Translations under genes and position numbers: made by a program
DNA from: Azoarcus sp. Aa7
GTDB taxonomy: Bacteria > Pseudomonadota > Gammaproteobacteria > Burkholderiales > Rhodocyclaceae
Assembly: GCA_014822185.1 (NCBI GenBank)
Contig: QVLR01000079.1
Coordinates: forward strand, 101,401 to 131,400
Direction of reading: 5' to 3'
DNA length: 30,000 nucleotides
Part shown: piece after piece, positions 1-7,609 of the stretch
How the letters are laid out: each line of letters begins with the position of its first letter
Numbering within the stretch: position 1 is the stretch's first letter
Notes under the pieces: generated by a model
The model's database searches: none
Told to the model about the DNA's origin: nothing
The model's input: only the letters and a program-made list of their open reading frames with translations

Positions 1-358
1 TGTTGGGCGATTTCAGCCAGTGCATGGCAACGTCCGGATCCTCGAAAACCTCCTGGGCGCGCTCGGCGACTCGCGCGAGGCGGACCAGCTTGGCGGATTC
101 CTCGCTGTTGAGGGTGCCTTCCTTCTTGCGCCGCGCAAGGGTGCGCTCCGGAATGCCCAGGGCTTCGGCAAGCTCGGCCTGCGTGACGTGCAGCGTCTTC
201 GTCGCCGCATCGACGGCCGCCGAGGAAATGCCGCGGCGGATGACGGATACCCAGTCGAGCGCCGTCCGCGGCCTTGCATGCAGCACGCCCTGGCCGCCGA
301 GCACGGATTCGATCGAAAGCGAGGGGGTGGGCGGAAGGGCCGCGACAGGGGGACTCAT
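1..358 (-). CDS. Xre/MbcA/ParS-type antitoxin (Xre-like HTH followed by start of the DUF2384 toxin-binding domain); 3' end cut by window edge
   Basis: Absent from the ORF track because there is no stop in the window. My own translation from the ATG at 358..356 gives MSPPVAALPPTPSLSIESVLGGQGVLHARPRTALDWVSVIRRGISSAAVDAATKTLHVTQAELAEALGIPERTLARRKKEGTLNSEESAKLVRLARVAERAQEVFEDPDVAMHWLKSPN... The HTH (TQAELAEALGIPERTLARRKK) plus EESAKLVRLARV...A..WL..PN is the typical signature of antitoxins of RES-Xre toxin-antitoxin pairs. GGAG RBS (plus-strand ctcc 365-368). Confidence 0.7.
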   Translation of the reverse strand, partial: MSPPVAALPPTPSLSIESVLGGQGVLHARPRTALDWVSVIRRGISSAAVDAATKTLHVTQAELAEALGIPERTLARRKKEGTLNSEESAKLVRLARVAERAQEVFEDPDVAMHWLKSPN

Positions 359-374
359 GGGGAACTCCATTGGT

Positions 375-394
375 GCCATCTGGCTTCAATTATA
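375..394 (-). promoter_or_regulatory. Candidate -10 box (perfect TATAAT on minus strand, 394..389) plus 10-bp palindrome GCCAtcTGGC (375-384) upstream of the antitoxin gene
   Basis: Read directly: the reverse complement of 389-394 is TATAAT, 31 nt upstream of the ATG. The palindrome lies between -10 and RBS, where TA antitoxins commonly autorepress. No convincing -35. Confidence 0.35.
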
Positions 395-418
395 GGCAAA
401 TTTGGCGGGTGTGGGCGT

Positions 419-1387
419 TCAGGGTGTCTGGTCCGGCGTTGCCGCGAGCACCTGTTCGAGGAAATCGCGCAAGGGCATGCGAAAGCCGGCGGCGTTGGGG
501 TGGCCGCCGCCGCCGTAATGTTCGGCGATGCGCGCGACGTTCACGACGTTGCAGCCGCGCAGCGAAGCCTTCACGAAGCCGTCGCCGGCGAGTTGCCAGA
601 CGAGGCCGAAGGTGCGCGAACGCTCGGCGAGCCGTCCGCCGAGCTCGGACGCGAATGCCGCGCTGGCGTTGATGGCCAGGCCGCCAACCCGCTCGTCGGA
701 CGAGGAGGCCGCGGCGCCCGGTGCGAGGGTGGATTGCAAGCCCACGGGCATCACCAGCGCACTCGACGCGAGCCGGTCCACCTCGATGGCGAGGAAGCGG
801 TCGACGGCCGCGCCTTCGTCGAGCAGGGCACGGTGGGCGGGGGTGGTCGCATCCTCGCTTGCGCGCACGATCGGATCCCAGGTCGGGAAGGCGAAGTCGC
901 GCATGCGCAGTGCGCGGCAGAAGGGGCGCGTGCCGGGAAGCCGGAAGCGCCACATGTCCTGGTCTTCGATGTGCGCGAGCGCTGCCGGGACGGCCGTATC
1001 GGGGTGGAAATGTTCCCATGCGAGCCGTGCGCCGGATCGTTCGAGATCGAAGATCACCGTCAGATTGCGGGCGGGATCGTGATGGCGTGCGCCGCTGCTC
1101 CCTTCGTCGGGGTGCAGCAGCTCTGCCCACGCCGCGCGGGCGCTGGCGTGGTGATCGATCAGGCAGACGGAGCGGGCCCGCGCGGCCATGCGCTCGAGTT
1201 CGGCGCGGGGAAACGAGAAGTCGAGGATGAAGACGTCGCGCCCGGTGACGTCGTCGACCTGCCAGGCGTTCCCGTAGTGCACCGGCAGGTAGCGTGCGGC
1301 ATCGCCCAGGCGGCGCCAGGCGGCGTAGGCGGCGCCGAAGCCGTCGAGGCAGTCGGCGTGGTAGTAGATGGTGGCGGGTGTGGTCAT
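419..1387 (-). CDS. DHH/DHHA1-family phosphoesterase (NrnA/RecJ-like fold, unknown substrate)
   Basis: ORF 419..1531. The N-terminus YYHADCLDGFGAA (DxD metal motif), LIDHHASA (DHH motif) and C-terminal GGGGHPNAAGF (DHHA1 GGGH motif) are all present. I prefer the start at M49 (ATG 1387, MTTPATIYYH) because longer starts would overlap the upstream aminotransferase stop (1464). Confidence 0.8.
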   Translation of the reverse strand: MTTPATIYYHADCLDGFGAAYAAWRRLGDAARYLPVHYGNAWQVDDVTGRDVFILDFSFPRAELERMAARARSVCLIDHHASARAAWAELLHPDEGSSGARHHDPARNLTVIFDLERSGARLAWEHFHPDTAVPAALAHIEDQDMWRFRLPGTRPFCRALRMRDFAFPTWDPIVRASEDATTPAHRALLDEGAAVDRFLAIEVDRLASSALVMPVGLQSTLAPGAAASSSDERVGGLAINASAAFASELGGRLAERSRTFGLVWQLAGDGFVKASLRGCNVVNVARIAEHYGGGGHPNAAGFRMPLRDFLEQVLAATPDQTP

Positions 1388-1463
1388 GGTCCGTTCCATC
1401 ATGCCACAGGGCGGGTGGAACGGACCGTCGGCGGCCGGGAGCCGGGAGAGGGCGCGACCGGAA

Positions 1464-2621
1464 TCAGGACGCGCTTCGCACCAGCGCCGCCAGCCGCTCC
1501 AGCCCGACATCGGCCTGCTCCGCGGTCGCATGGCTGAAATTGAGCCGCAGTTGGCCGCAGGCCTCGACTTCGTATGGCAGGAAGGGCTCGCCCGGCATGA
1601 AGGCGACGTTCGCTGCGATGGCCTTCGGCAGGAGCGTGCGGGTGTCGATCCGCTGTTTCAGGGTCAGCCAGAAGAAGAGGCCGCCCGGGGGTGTGCGCCA
1701 TGTGGCGATGTCGCCGAAATGTCGGCGGAGGGCCTGTTCGAACGCATCGCGGCGGACGCGATAGCTCGCGACGAGGGCGTCGATGCGCGCTTGGCGCGCG
1801 GGATCGTTGAGCTGCTGCAGCACCACCCACTGGCTGACACGGTTGCTGTGCAGGTCGGCAGCCTGCTTGAGGCGCGTCAGAAAGGGGAGCAGTTCGGGCG
1901 AGGCGACGAGGTAGCCCAGCCGCAGTCCGGGAGCGAGGCTCTTCGAAAAGGACCCCTGGTAGATCCACGGCGTGCGCCGCAGCCGGGCGCACATCGGCGT
2001 GCGTTCGCAGGGGTCGTAGGCGAGGTCGCGGTAGGGGTCGTCCTCGAATACGGGGATCCGCGCTTCGTCGAGGCTGGCGGCCAGCGCGGCGCGTTGCGCG
2101 GCGTCGAGGCAGCGTCCGCTCGGATTCTGGAAGGTGGGGATGACGTAGGCGAACGCGGGTGTCTCGCGCACGAAGGATGCCGTATCGGGTGCCTCGGCGT
2201 CGTAGGCGAGCAGACGTGCGCCGAAGAAGCGGAACACCTGGAGGGCTGCGAGGTAGGTCGGGGACTCCACGGCGACGGGGGTCTGCGGATCGATGAACAG
2301 TTTTGCGACGAGGTCGATGCCCTGTTGCGACCCGGAGACGATCAGGACCTGGTCGGCCGTGCAATCCAGGCCCCGCGTGCGCAGGTCCGCGGCGATCCAT
2401 TCGCGCAGCGGGCGTTCCCCCTCACTGGGGCCGTACTGCAGGGCATTCTGCGGCATGGTGTCGAGGGACAGCCGCGGAAAACTGTCGCCGGAGGGCAGGC
2501 CGCCGGCGAACGAGATCATGCCCGGCCGATCGACGACGGCGAGGATTTCGCGGATCGGCGACGCGTGCAGGTCGCGGGTGCGGGTGGAAAATGCGGGGAG
2601 GGCGGATAGCGGGGCGGTCAT
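1464..2621 (-). CDS. PLP-dependent aminotransferase, class I/II (AspC/ARO8/2-aminoadipate aminotransferase-like)
   Basis: 385 aa. Motifs: FAGGLP, TPTFQNPSG, the PLP-lysine motif SFSKSLAPGLRLGY, and C-terminal LRLNFS. Confidence 0.85.
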   Translation of the reverse strand: MTAPLSALPAFSTRTRDLHASPIREILAVVDRPGMISFAGGLPSGDSFPRLSLDTMPQNALQYGPSEGERPLREWIAADLRTRGLDCTADQVLIVSGSQQGIDLVAKLFIDPQTPVAVESPTYLAALQVFRFFGARLLAYDAEAPDTASFVRETPAFAYVIPTFQNPSGRCLDAAQRAALAASLDEARIPVFEDDPYRDLAYDPCERTPMCARLRRTPWIYQGSFSKSLAPGLRLGYLVASPELLPFLTRLKQAADLHSNRVSQWVVLQQLNDPARQARIDALVASYRVRRDAFEQALRRHFGDIATWRTPPGGLFFWLTLKQRIDTRTLLPKAIAANVAFMPGEPFLPYEVEACGQLRLNFSHATAEQADVGLERLAALVRSAS

Positions 2622-2639
2622 CGTGGCGTCCGGTGAAAT

Positions 2640-2702
2640 GTCAATAATATTGACCTATGGACAAGGTAATGGTTCGCCTTCTAGCATGTCAATATGGTTG
2701 AC
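2640..2702. promoter_or_regulatory. Two related 15-bp inverted repeats, GTCAATaatATTGAC (2640-2654) and GTCAAtatggTTGAC (2688-2702); candidate MarR operators in the divergent aminotransferase/marR intergenic region
   Basis: Read directly. The second box overlaps the marR ATG (2694). MarR-family proteins typically bind pseudo-palindromes in their own divergent promoter regions. Confidence 0.45.
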
Positions 2703-3161
2703 CAAAAGTTCTCCTGCGCCCGCGGCGCGTCCGCTTCCGATGAAGCACGGCTGCGCAAGGCGATCGAGCTGCTCTATTTCGGCTATCGCGCCTTCACCGC
2801 ACCGCCGGACCGCATGCTCGAAGAGCGCAGCCTCGGACGGGTGCATCACCGCATCCTGTATTTCGTCGGCGGCAATCCGCAGATTGCGGTGAATGCCCTG
2901 CTCGGCGTGTTGGGCGTGAGCAAGCAGGCCCTGAATGGGCCATTGCGGCAACTGGTCGAGATGGGGCTGGTCGCGACCGATACTGCCGCGCACGACCGGC
3001 GCGTCCGTCAGTTGCGGCTCACCGCAGCGGGCGAGGCACTGGAAGCGCGCCTCACGGGCGCGCAGATGGTCCAGCTGGAGGCCGCATTCGCGCAGGCCGG
3101 CGCCGGGGCCGAGGCGGGGTGGCTCGCGGTCATGGAAGGCCTTGTCGATCGGGGGCGGTAG
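2694..3161 (+). CDS. MarR-family transcriptional regulator
   Basis: 155 aa. Winged-HTH core: HHRILYFVGGNPQIAVNALLGVLGVSKQALNGPLRQLVEMGLV...DRRVRQLRLTAAGEAL. Confidence 0.85.
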   Translation: MVDQKFSCARGASASDEARLRKAIELLYFGYRAFTAPPDRMLEERSLGRVHHRILYFVGGNPQIAVNALLGVLGVSKQALNGPLRQLVEMGLVATDTAAHDRRVRQLRLTAAGEALEARLTGAQMVQLEAAFAQAGAGAEAGWLAVMEGLVDRGR

Positions 3162-3217
3162 CCGGGGCAGATGAGCGCCCCGGCGTGACGGTTCCGGCCG
3201 GGAGCCGGTCAGGCCGT

Positions 3218-3931
3218 CTAGGCCTTCGGCAGGCCCCGGACTTCGGGCCAGGTGCCGCCGAGTAGTTGCGTGAGCTCGGCAGCGAATTTGTGCATCGTGG
3301 GCACCATGCTTTCGAGCGTCTTTTCGTCGAGCCGGTACTTGGGGCCGGAAACCGACAGGGCGCCGACCAGGCGTTGCTGGACGGCGAAAACGGGGCAGGC
3401 CACTGCCGCGGTTTCGGGGTCGCGTTCGCCCAGCGACATTGCGTAGCAGCGGTCGCGTATCTGGTCGTACTTGGCGCCGGACAGGCCGCTGAAGGCGAGC
3501 AGGACGTGGCCGGACGCGCCGTTGTTGAGCGGGAAGGCGTCGCCTTCATGGATCGCGTCGCGGATCGCGCGCGGGGAGTCGACGCGGTGCAGGCACACGC
3601 GGCGGTCGTCGTCGCGCACGAAGAAGGAAATGCCTTCGCGGATTTCCTCGGACATGCGGCGCATGATCTGCGGCACGAAGTCCGAGGTGCTGAAGTGCTT
3701 CTGGTACAGGGAGCCGAGGTACAGCGGTTTGGGGCCCAGGCGGTAGGCGCCGTCGTCGAGGCGGCGCAGGTAGCCGAACTTTTCCAGCGACTCCGCCAGT
3801 CGCAGCGTGGTGCTCTTGTAGAAGCCCGCACGCTTGGAGATCTCGGTCAGGGTCAGGCTCTTGTCCCGGTCGGTGAAGACATCGAGGATGGTCAGGGCGC
3901 GTTCTACGGATGCGACGCCTTCGCTGCTCAT
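3218..3931 (-). CDS. IclR-family transcriptional regulator
   Basis: 237 aa. N-terminal HTH (VERALTILDVF...LTLTEISKRAGFYKSTTLRLAESL), C-terminal IclR effector domain (GASGHVLLAF ... AVACPVF ... GALSVSGP). GGAG RBS 8 nt upstream. Confidence 0.9.
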   Translation of the reverse strand: MSSEGVASVERALTILDVFTDRDKSLTLTEISKRAGFYKSTTLRLAESLEKFGYLRRLDDGAYRLGPKPLYLGSLYQKHFSTSDFVPQIMRRMSEEIREGISFFVRDDDRRVCLHRVDSPRAIRDAIHEGDAFPLNNGASGHVLLAFSGLSGAKYDQIRDRCYAMSLGERDPETAAVACPVFAVQQRLVGALSVSGPKYRLDEKTLESMVPTMHKFAAELTQLLGGTWPEVRGLPKA

Positions 3932-3947
3932 GGGAATGCTCCAGTAA

Positions 3948-3967
3948 AATGAAACCAGGTTTTCATT
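3948..3967. promoter_or_regulatory. Near-perfect 20-bp palindrome AATGAAACCaGGTTTTCATT immediately upstream of the IclR (3218-3931) RBS; candidate autoregulatory operator
   Basis: Read directly. Position (17-36 nt upstream of the ATG at 3931) and dyad symmetry fit an IclR-type operator. A 5'-UTR hairpin is an alternative. Confidence 0.35.
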
Positions 3968-4317
3968 ATTGGCACATGATAGCCGGGTTTGCGGTCAATC
4001 TCGTCCGGATGCGCGCGGCGCCGCAGGCATCGGGGGCCAACACGGAACCGTGGCTGCGAGGCGGCACGACTGCCGGGGTTGATCTACGATACCATTAAAT
4101 AATGGAACATCGTTCTATCCGTTGCAATGGTGTTTGCAGTCGGCGCGGCCCCGGTGCGGCGAGGCGGCAACACGGACAGGAAGGCCGCGCGCGGCGGCGC
4201 AGAAAGCCGTTGGGTTCATGCGGGGCGTATGATAATAATTACGCTGAGGCCAAGCGCCGTTCGCGCTGGATACATACATATACGGCCCGCTCGCAAGTGG
4301 CAACCAGGAGTCAAAGG

Positions 4318-5205
4318 ATGCAAGACCCGTTTTTTCCGACCTCTGATGCTTCAGGCAACGTCCTGGGGATGGACGGTCTCGAATTCGTCGAATTCGCTTC
4401 GCCCGACCCGGATGCGCTCGGCGCTCATTTCGAACGCATGGGTTTTTCCGCCGTGGCGAAGCACAGGTCGAAGAACGTGGTCCTGTACCGCCAGGGCGAC
4501 ATCAATTTCCTCGTCAACTCCGACGAGGAGAGCTTTGCGCAGACTTTCAACCGGACCTACGGGCCGGGGATCTGCGCGATCGCGCTGCGCGTGAAGAACG
4601 TGGCGTCCGCGTACAAGCGTGCGCAGGCGATGGGTGCGTGGGACGTGCCGCCGCATGCGGGCGCGATGGAATTGAACATCCCCGCGATCATCGGCATCGG
4701 CGGAACGCATGTTTACTTCATCGACCGCTACGGCGATCACACGATCTACGACGTCGACTTCGTGCCGCTGCCGCAGACGAAACCGCCGGCGACGCCGATG
4801 GGGCTGACGAGCGTGGAGCACGTGGCGCTCACCGTGTGTGCGGGTCGTGAACAGGAGTGGATCGAGTTTCACGAGCAGGTGTTCGGATTCCGCGTGCTGC
4901 AAACGAGCGCGAGCGGGTCCATCTGGATGGAAAGCCCCTGCGGCAAGTTGCGCATCGTCCTGCGTCCGGCGTCCGACCAGGTACGCGAGGGGGAGCCGCC
5001 GGCCGACCCGCTGAACGTCGAGGGGATCGCCTGCATCGGCATAGAGACGCATTCGCTTGCGGATGTGGCGGCAGGCTTCGGCGAGACGGGGATTCCGGTC
5101 GCCCGCGGGCCGGAGAACGATCCGGAGCGGCCGGGCGTGAAGCATCTGGTCACCGCGCCGGTCGTGGATCCGTTCTACTTCGAGATCGTGCAGCGCACGG
5201 AGTGA
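4318..5205 (+). CDS. 4-hydroxyphenylpyruvate-dioxygenase-like VOC-fold protein (equivalent of the C-terminal domain of QsuB/QuiC1 3-dehydroshikimate dehydratases)
   Basis: ORF 4102..5205. The start is taken at ATG 4318 (MQDPFFP) behind CAGGAG/AAGGA; the upstream 72 codons are Arg-rich junk. Shows a two-module glyoxalase/HPPD pattern (GLEFVEFASPDP...MGF; VEHVALTV...) and ends in FYFEIVQR, the HPPD-type FFE(I/F)IQR motif. Confidence 0.75.
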   Translation: MQDPFFPTSDASGNVLGMDGLEFVEFASPDPDALGAHFERMGFSAVAKHRSKNVVLYRQGDINFLVNSDEESFAQTFNRTYGPGICAIALRVKNVASAYKRAQAMGAWDVPPHAGAMELNIPAIIGIGGTHVYFIDRYGDHTIYDVDFVPLPQTKPPATPMGLTSVEHVALTVCAGREQEWIEFHEQVFGFRVLQTSASGSIWMESPCGKLRIVLRPASDQVREGEPPADPLNVEGIACIGIETHSLADVAAGFGETGIPVARGPENDPERPGVKHLVTAPVVDPFYFEIVQRTE

Positions 5206-5273
5206 TCCGGCGCGGCCAGGTTCGACAGCAATCACCTCAGCAATCAAGTTTCTCCGCCCGGGCGGCACGAACG

Positions 5274-6116
5274 ATGAAGACTCACAGGATCGGGATCAAC
5301 AGCGCGACGCTCCCCGGAACGCTGCACGAGAAAATGGACGCCGTGCGGGAAGCGGGATTCGGTGCCTTGGTATTGAGCGCCAAGGATCTGCTGGCGCATC
5401 CCGATGGCGCCGCTGCCGCTGCACGCAAGGTGCGCGCGAGCGGCGTGCGGGTAAGCGCGTTCCAGTTCCTGCGGGAAATGACCGGGGACTCCGACCGCGA
5501 GGTCGGTTACCGCATCGATGCGGCGAAATCGATGATCGAACTGGCGGCTTCGGTGGGCTGCCGGCTGCTGATCGTCTCCTCGTCGACGGCACCCACGGCC
5601 ATCGCCGATCCGGCGGCGCTGGCGCGCAACCTCGCAGTGCTCGGCACGCTTGCAACCCCTTACGGCATCCGCATCGGCTACGAGGCACTGGCGTGGGGGC
5701 GCTGGGTGAGCGAGTACCCCGATGCGTGGCAGGTCGTGCAGATGGCGAACCGCCACAACGTCGGCCTGGTCATCGACTCCTTCCAGATCCTGATGCGGCA
5801 GACCTCGCTCGATTTGCTGGCGGACATTCCGGCCGACCGCATCTTCCTCGCGCAGTTGTCGGACTGCTCGTTCGACTTCGTGACCGAGATCGACGAGTTC
5901 GTCGAGATTTCGCGTCACGAGCGCCGCTTCCCCGGCGAAGGCGTGCATGGCCGGCTGATTTCCGACCTCGTCGCGCGCCTGCGGGGCAAGGGTTATGCGG
6001 GCGATTACACCCTCGAAGTCTTCAATGACGAGAATCTGCGCTCCGCTCTGCCGGCCGTGATCGCCCGCGCGCAGGCGTCGGTGCAGTGGCTCGCCGACAA
6101 GGTCGCCGCGGCCTGA
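5274..6116 (+). CDS. Xylose-isomerase-like TIM-barrel protein, 3-dehydroshikimate dehydratase type (QsuB/QuiC1 N-terminal domain-like)
   Basis: Start at ATG 5274 (MKTHRIGINSATLPG). Motifs I recognise from QsuB/QuiC-type DSDs: IGYEALAWG, DSFQIL, IFLAQLSD, SRHERRFPGEG, TLEVFND. Confidence is for the family; DSD activity is inferred. Confidence 0.75.
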   Translation: MKTHRIGINSATLPGTLHEKMDAVREAGFGALVLSAKDLLAHPDGAAAAARKVRASGVRVSAFQFLREMTGDSDREVGYRIDAAKSMIELAASVGCRLLIVSSSTAPTAIADPAALARNLAVLGTLATPYGIRIGYEALAWGRWVSEYPDAWQVVQMANRHNVGLVIDSFQILMRQTSLDLLADIPADRIFLAQLSDCSFDFVTEIDEFVEISRHERRFPGEGVHGRLISDLVARLRGKGYAGDYTLEVFNDENLRSALPAVIARAQASVQWLADKVAAA

Positions 6117-6264
6117 TTCCTTCCTGCTGAGTTGCGTGTCGCGGCCGTCCGGCGTGCGGCACGTCCCTCTATTCCCGGCGTCGCGACACCGTGGCGCCCC
6201 CATGTGTTCCGGTTGCCGCGGCGCGCGGCGACGCCCCCCCTCCTTTCAAGTGGTCAGGTGCGCG

Positions 6265-6295
6265 GGTCGCACGGGTGTTTTGCGACCTTGTTCTG
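6265..6295 (+). terminator. Possible weak intrinsic terminator after the TIM-barrel gene
   Basis: 7-bp stem GGTCGCA/TGCGACC (6265-6271 / 6281-6287) followed by TTGTTCTG. Short stem and interrupted T-tract. Confidence 0.3.
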
Positions 6296-6322
6296 AAAAA
6301 CAAAACAAGGTTCTAAAAGCGG

Positions 6323-6351
6323 TTGCACTGTGAAGAATTGCGTTCTATTAT
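6323..6351 (+). promoter_or_regulatory. Sigma70-type promoter TTGCAC-N17-TATTAT for the CoA-transferase operon, with operator-like box GAATTGCGTTC in the spacer
   Basis: Read directly: TTGCAC 6323-6328, 17-nt spacer, TATTAT 6346-6351, ATG at 6405. The 11-mer 6335-6345 is the exact reverse complement of 16349-16359. Confidence 0.5.
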
Positions 6352-6404
6352 TCGATCAACGTGACAGGATCGATGTTGATCCACAGTGAACTAAGGGGTA
6401 GCAC

Positions 6405-7607
6405 ATGACTGCAGCGCTTTCCGGAATCCGCGTCCTCGACCTGACCAACGTTCTGGCGGGGCCGTTCTGCGCGTATCAGCTGGCGCTGCTCGGTGCCGAG
6501 GTGATCAAGGTCGAGGTGCCGGAGTCGGGCGATCTGGCGCGTCAGCTCGGGGCCGATCCGGCGCTGAACAAGGCGAAGATGGGCGCGTCCTTCCTCGCGC
6601 AGAACGGCGGCAAGAAGTCGCTGACGCTGAACCTCAAGTCCGACGCGGGCAAGGAGGTGCTGTTCCGCCTCGTGAAGAGCGCCGATGTGCTGGTCGAGAA
6701 CTTCCGCCCGGGCGTGATGGATCGCTTGGGCCTCGGTTACGACGTGCTGAAGGAAGTGAATCCGAAGCTCGTCTATTGCGCGATTTCGGGTTTCGGCCAG
6801 CAGGGTCCGATGCGGCACGCGCCGGCCTACGACCAGATCGTGCAGGGCATGTCGGGCGTGATGAGCATCACCGGCGACGATGAGTCCGCACCCTTGCGCG
6901 TGGGCTACCCGGTCGCCGACACCATCGGCGGCATCACCGCGGCCTTCGCGGTGTCGAGCGCGCTGGTGCGTCAGGCGAAGACCGGCGAAGGCGAATTCAT
7001 CGACGTGTCGATGCTCGATTCGACGATCGTGACGATGGGCTGGGTGGTGTCGAACTACCTGATCGCCGGCAAGGAGCCGGTGCCGATGGGCAACGAGAAC
7101 TTTACCGCGGCGCCGTCGGGCACCTTCCGTACCGGCGAGGGGCCGCTCAACATCGCCGCGAACAAGCAGGAGCAGTTCGAGGCGCTGGCGGATGCGATCG
7201 GCCGGCCCGATCTGAAGACCGACGAGCGTTTCGCCGAGCGCGAGGCCAGGAAGCGCAACCGCAAGGCGCTGAAGGCGGAGGTCGAGTCAGGGCTGGCGTC
7301 GAAGTCGGCGGGCGAGTGGGAAACCATCCTCGCGAAGCTGGGCGTGCCCGCGGGCTGCGTGCTGACCGTGCCGCAGGTGCTGGAACATCCGCAGATCCGC
7401 GAACGCGACCTGCTCGCCAAGTTCGAAGACGTGCCGGGCGTGGGGCGCGACCTCAGCCTCGTGCGTGCCGGCTTCAAGATGCGCGGCGGCAATCCCGACG
7501 TGGCGACACCGCCGCCGGTGCTCGGCGCGCACACCGACTCGCTGCTGGCCGAACTGGGCTATTCCGCGGGCGAGATTTCGCAACTCCACGAACAACAGGC
7601 GGTTTGA
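6405..7607 (+). CDS. Family III (CaiB/BaiF/Frc-type) CoA-transferase
   Basis: 400 aa. GIRVLDLTNVLAGPFCAYQLALLGAEVIKVE, ADVLVENFRPGVMDRLGLGY, YCAISGFGQ; the catalytic Asp region GYPVADTIGG is present. Confidence 0.9.
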   Translation: MTAALSGIRVLDLTNVLAGPFCAYQLALLGAEVIKVEVPESGDLARQLGADPALNKAKMGASFLAQNGGKKSLTLNLKSDAGKEVLFRLVKSADVLVENFRPGVMDRLGLGYDVLKEVNPKLVYCAISGFGQQGPMRHAPAYDQIVQGMSGVMSITGDDESAPLRVGYPVADTIGGITAAFAVSSALVRQAKTGEGEFIDVSMLDSTIVTMGWVVSNYLIAGKEPVPMGNENFTAAPSGTFRTGEGPLNIAANKQEQFEALADAIGRPDLKTDERFAEREARKRNRKALKAEVESGLASKSAGEWETILAKLGVPAGCVLTVPQVLEHPQIRERDLLAKFEDVPGVGRDLSLVRAGFKMRGGNPDVATPPPVLGAHTDSLLAELGYSAGEISQLHEQQAV

Positions 7608-7609
7608 AC

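Noticed and set aside
20-1537. 505-aa plus-strand ORF, and similar long alternate-frame ORFs (1368-2609, 13196-14551, 17182-18426, 19260-20945, 20959-21984, 22535-23044)
   Set aside because: All overlap genes with clear family motifs on the other strand or frame, have Arg/Gly/Ala-biased composition, and lack RBS or start context. Two of them (19260-20945, 20959-21984) simply start inside REP elements.
3161-3184. Hairpin GCCGGGG-N10-CCCCGGC between convergent marR and iclR
   Set aside because: The stem is short, the loop is large, and there is no U-tract on either strand. This is not sufficient to call a terminator.
4208-4236. Possible promoter (GATAAT at 4231-4236) in the 386-bp IclR/HPPD-like intergenic region
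   Set aside because: No acceptable -35 at 16-18 nt spacing, and the region has several AT-rich hexamers. It is left uncalled in favour of noting the box-containing site at 4093-4121, which is itself weak.
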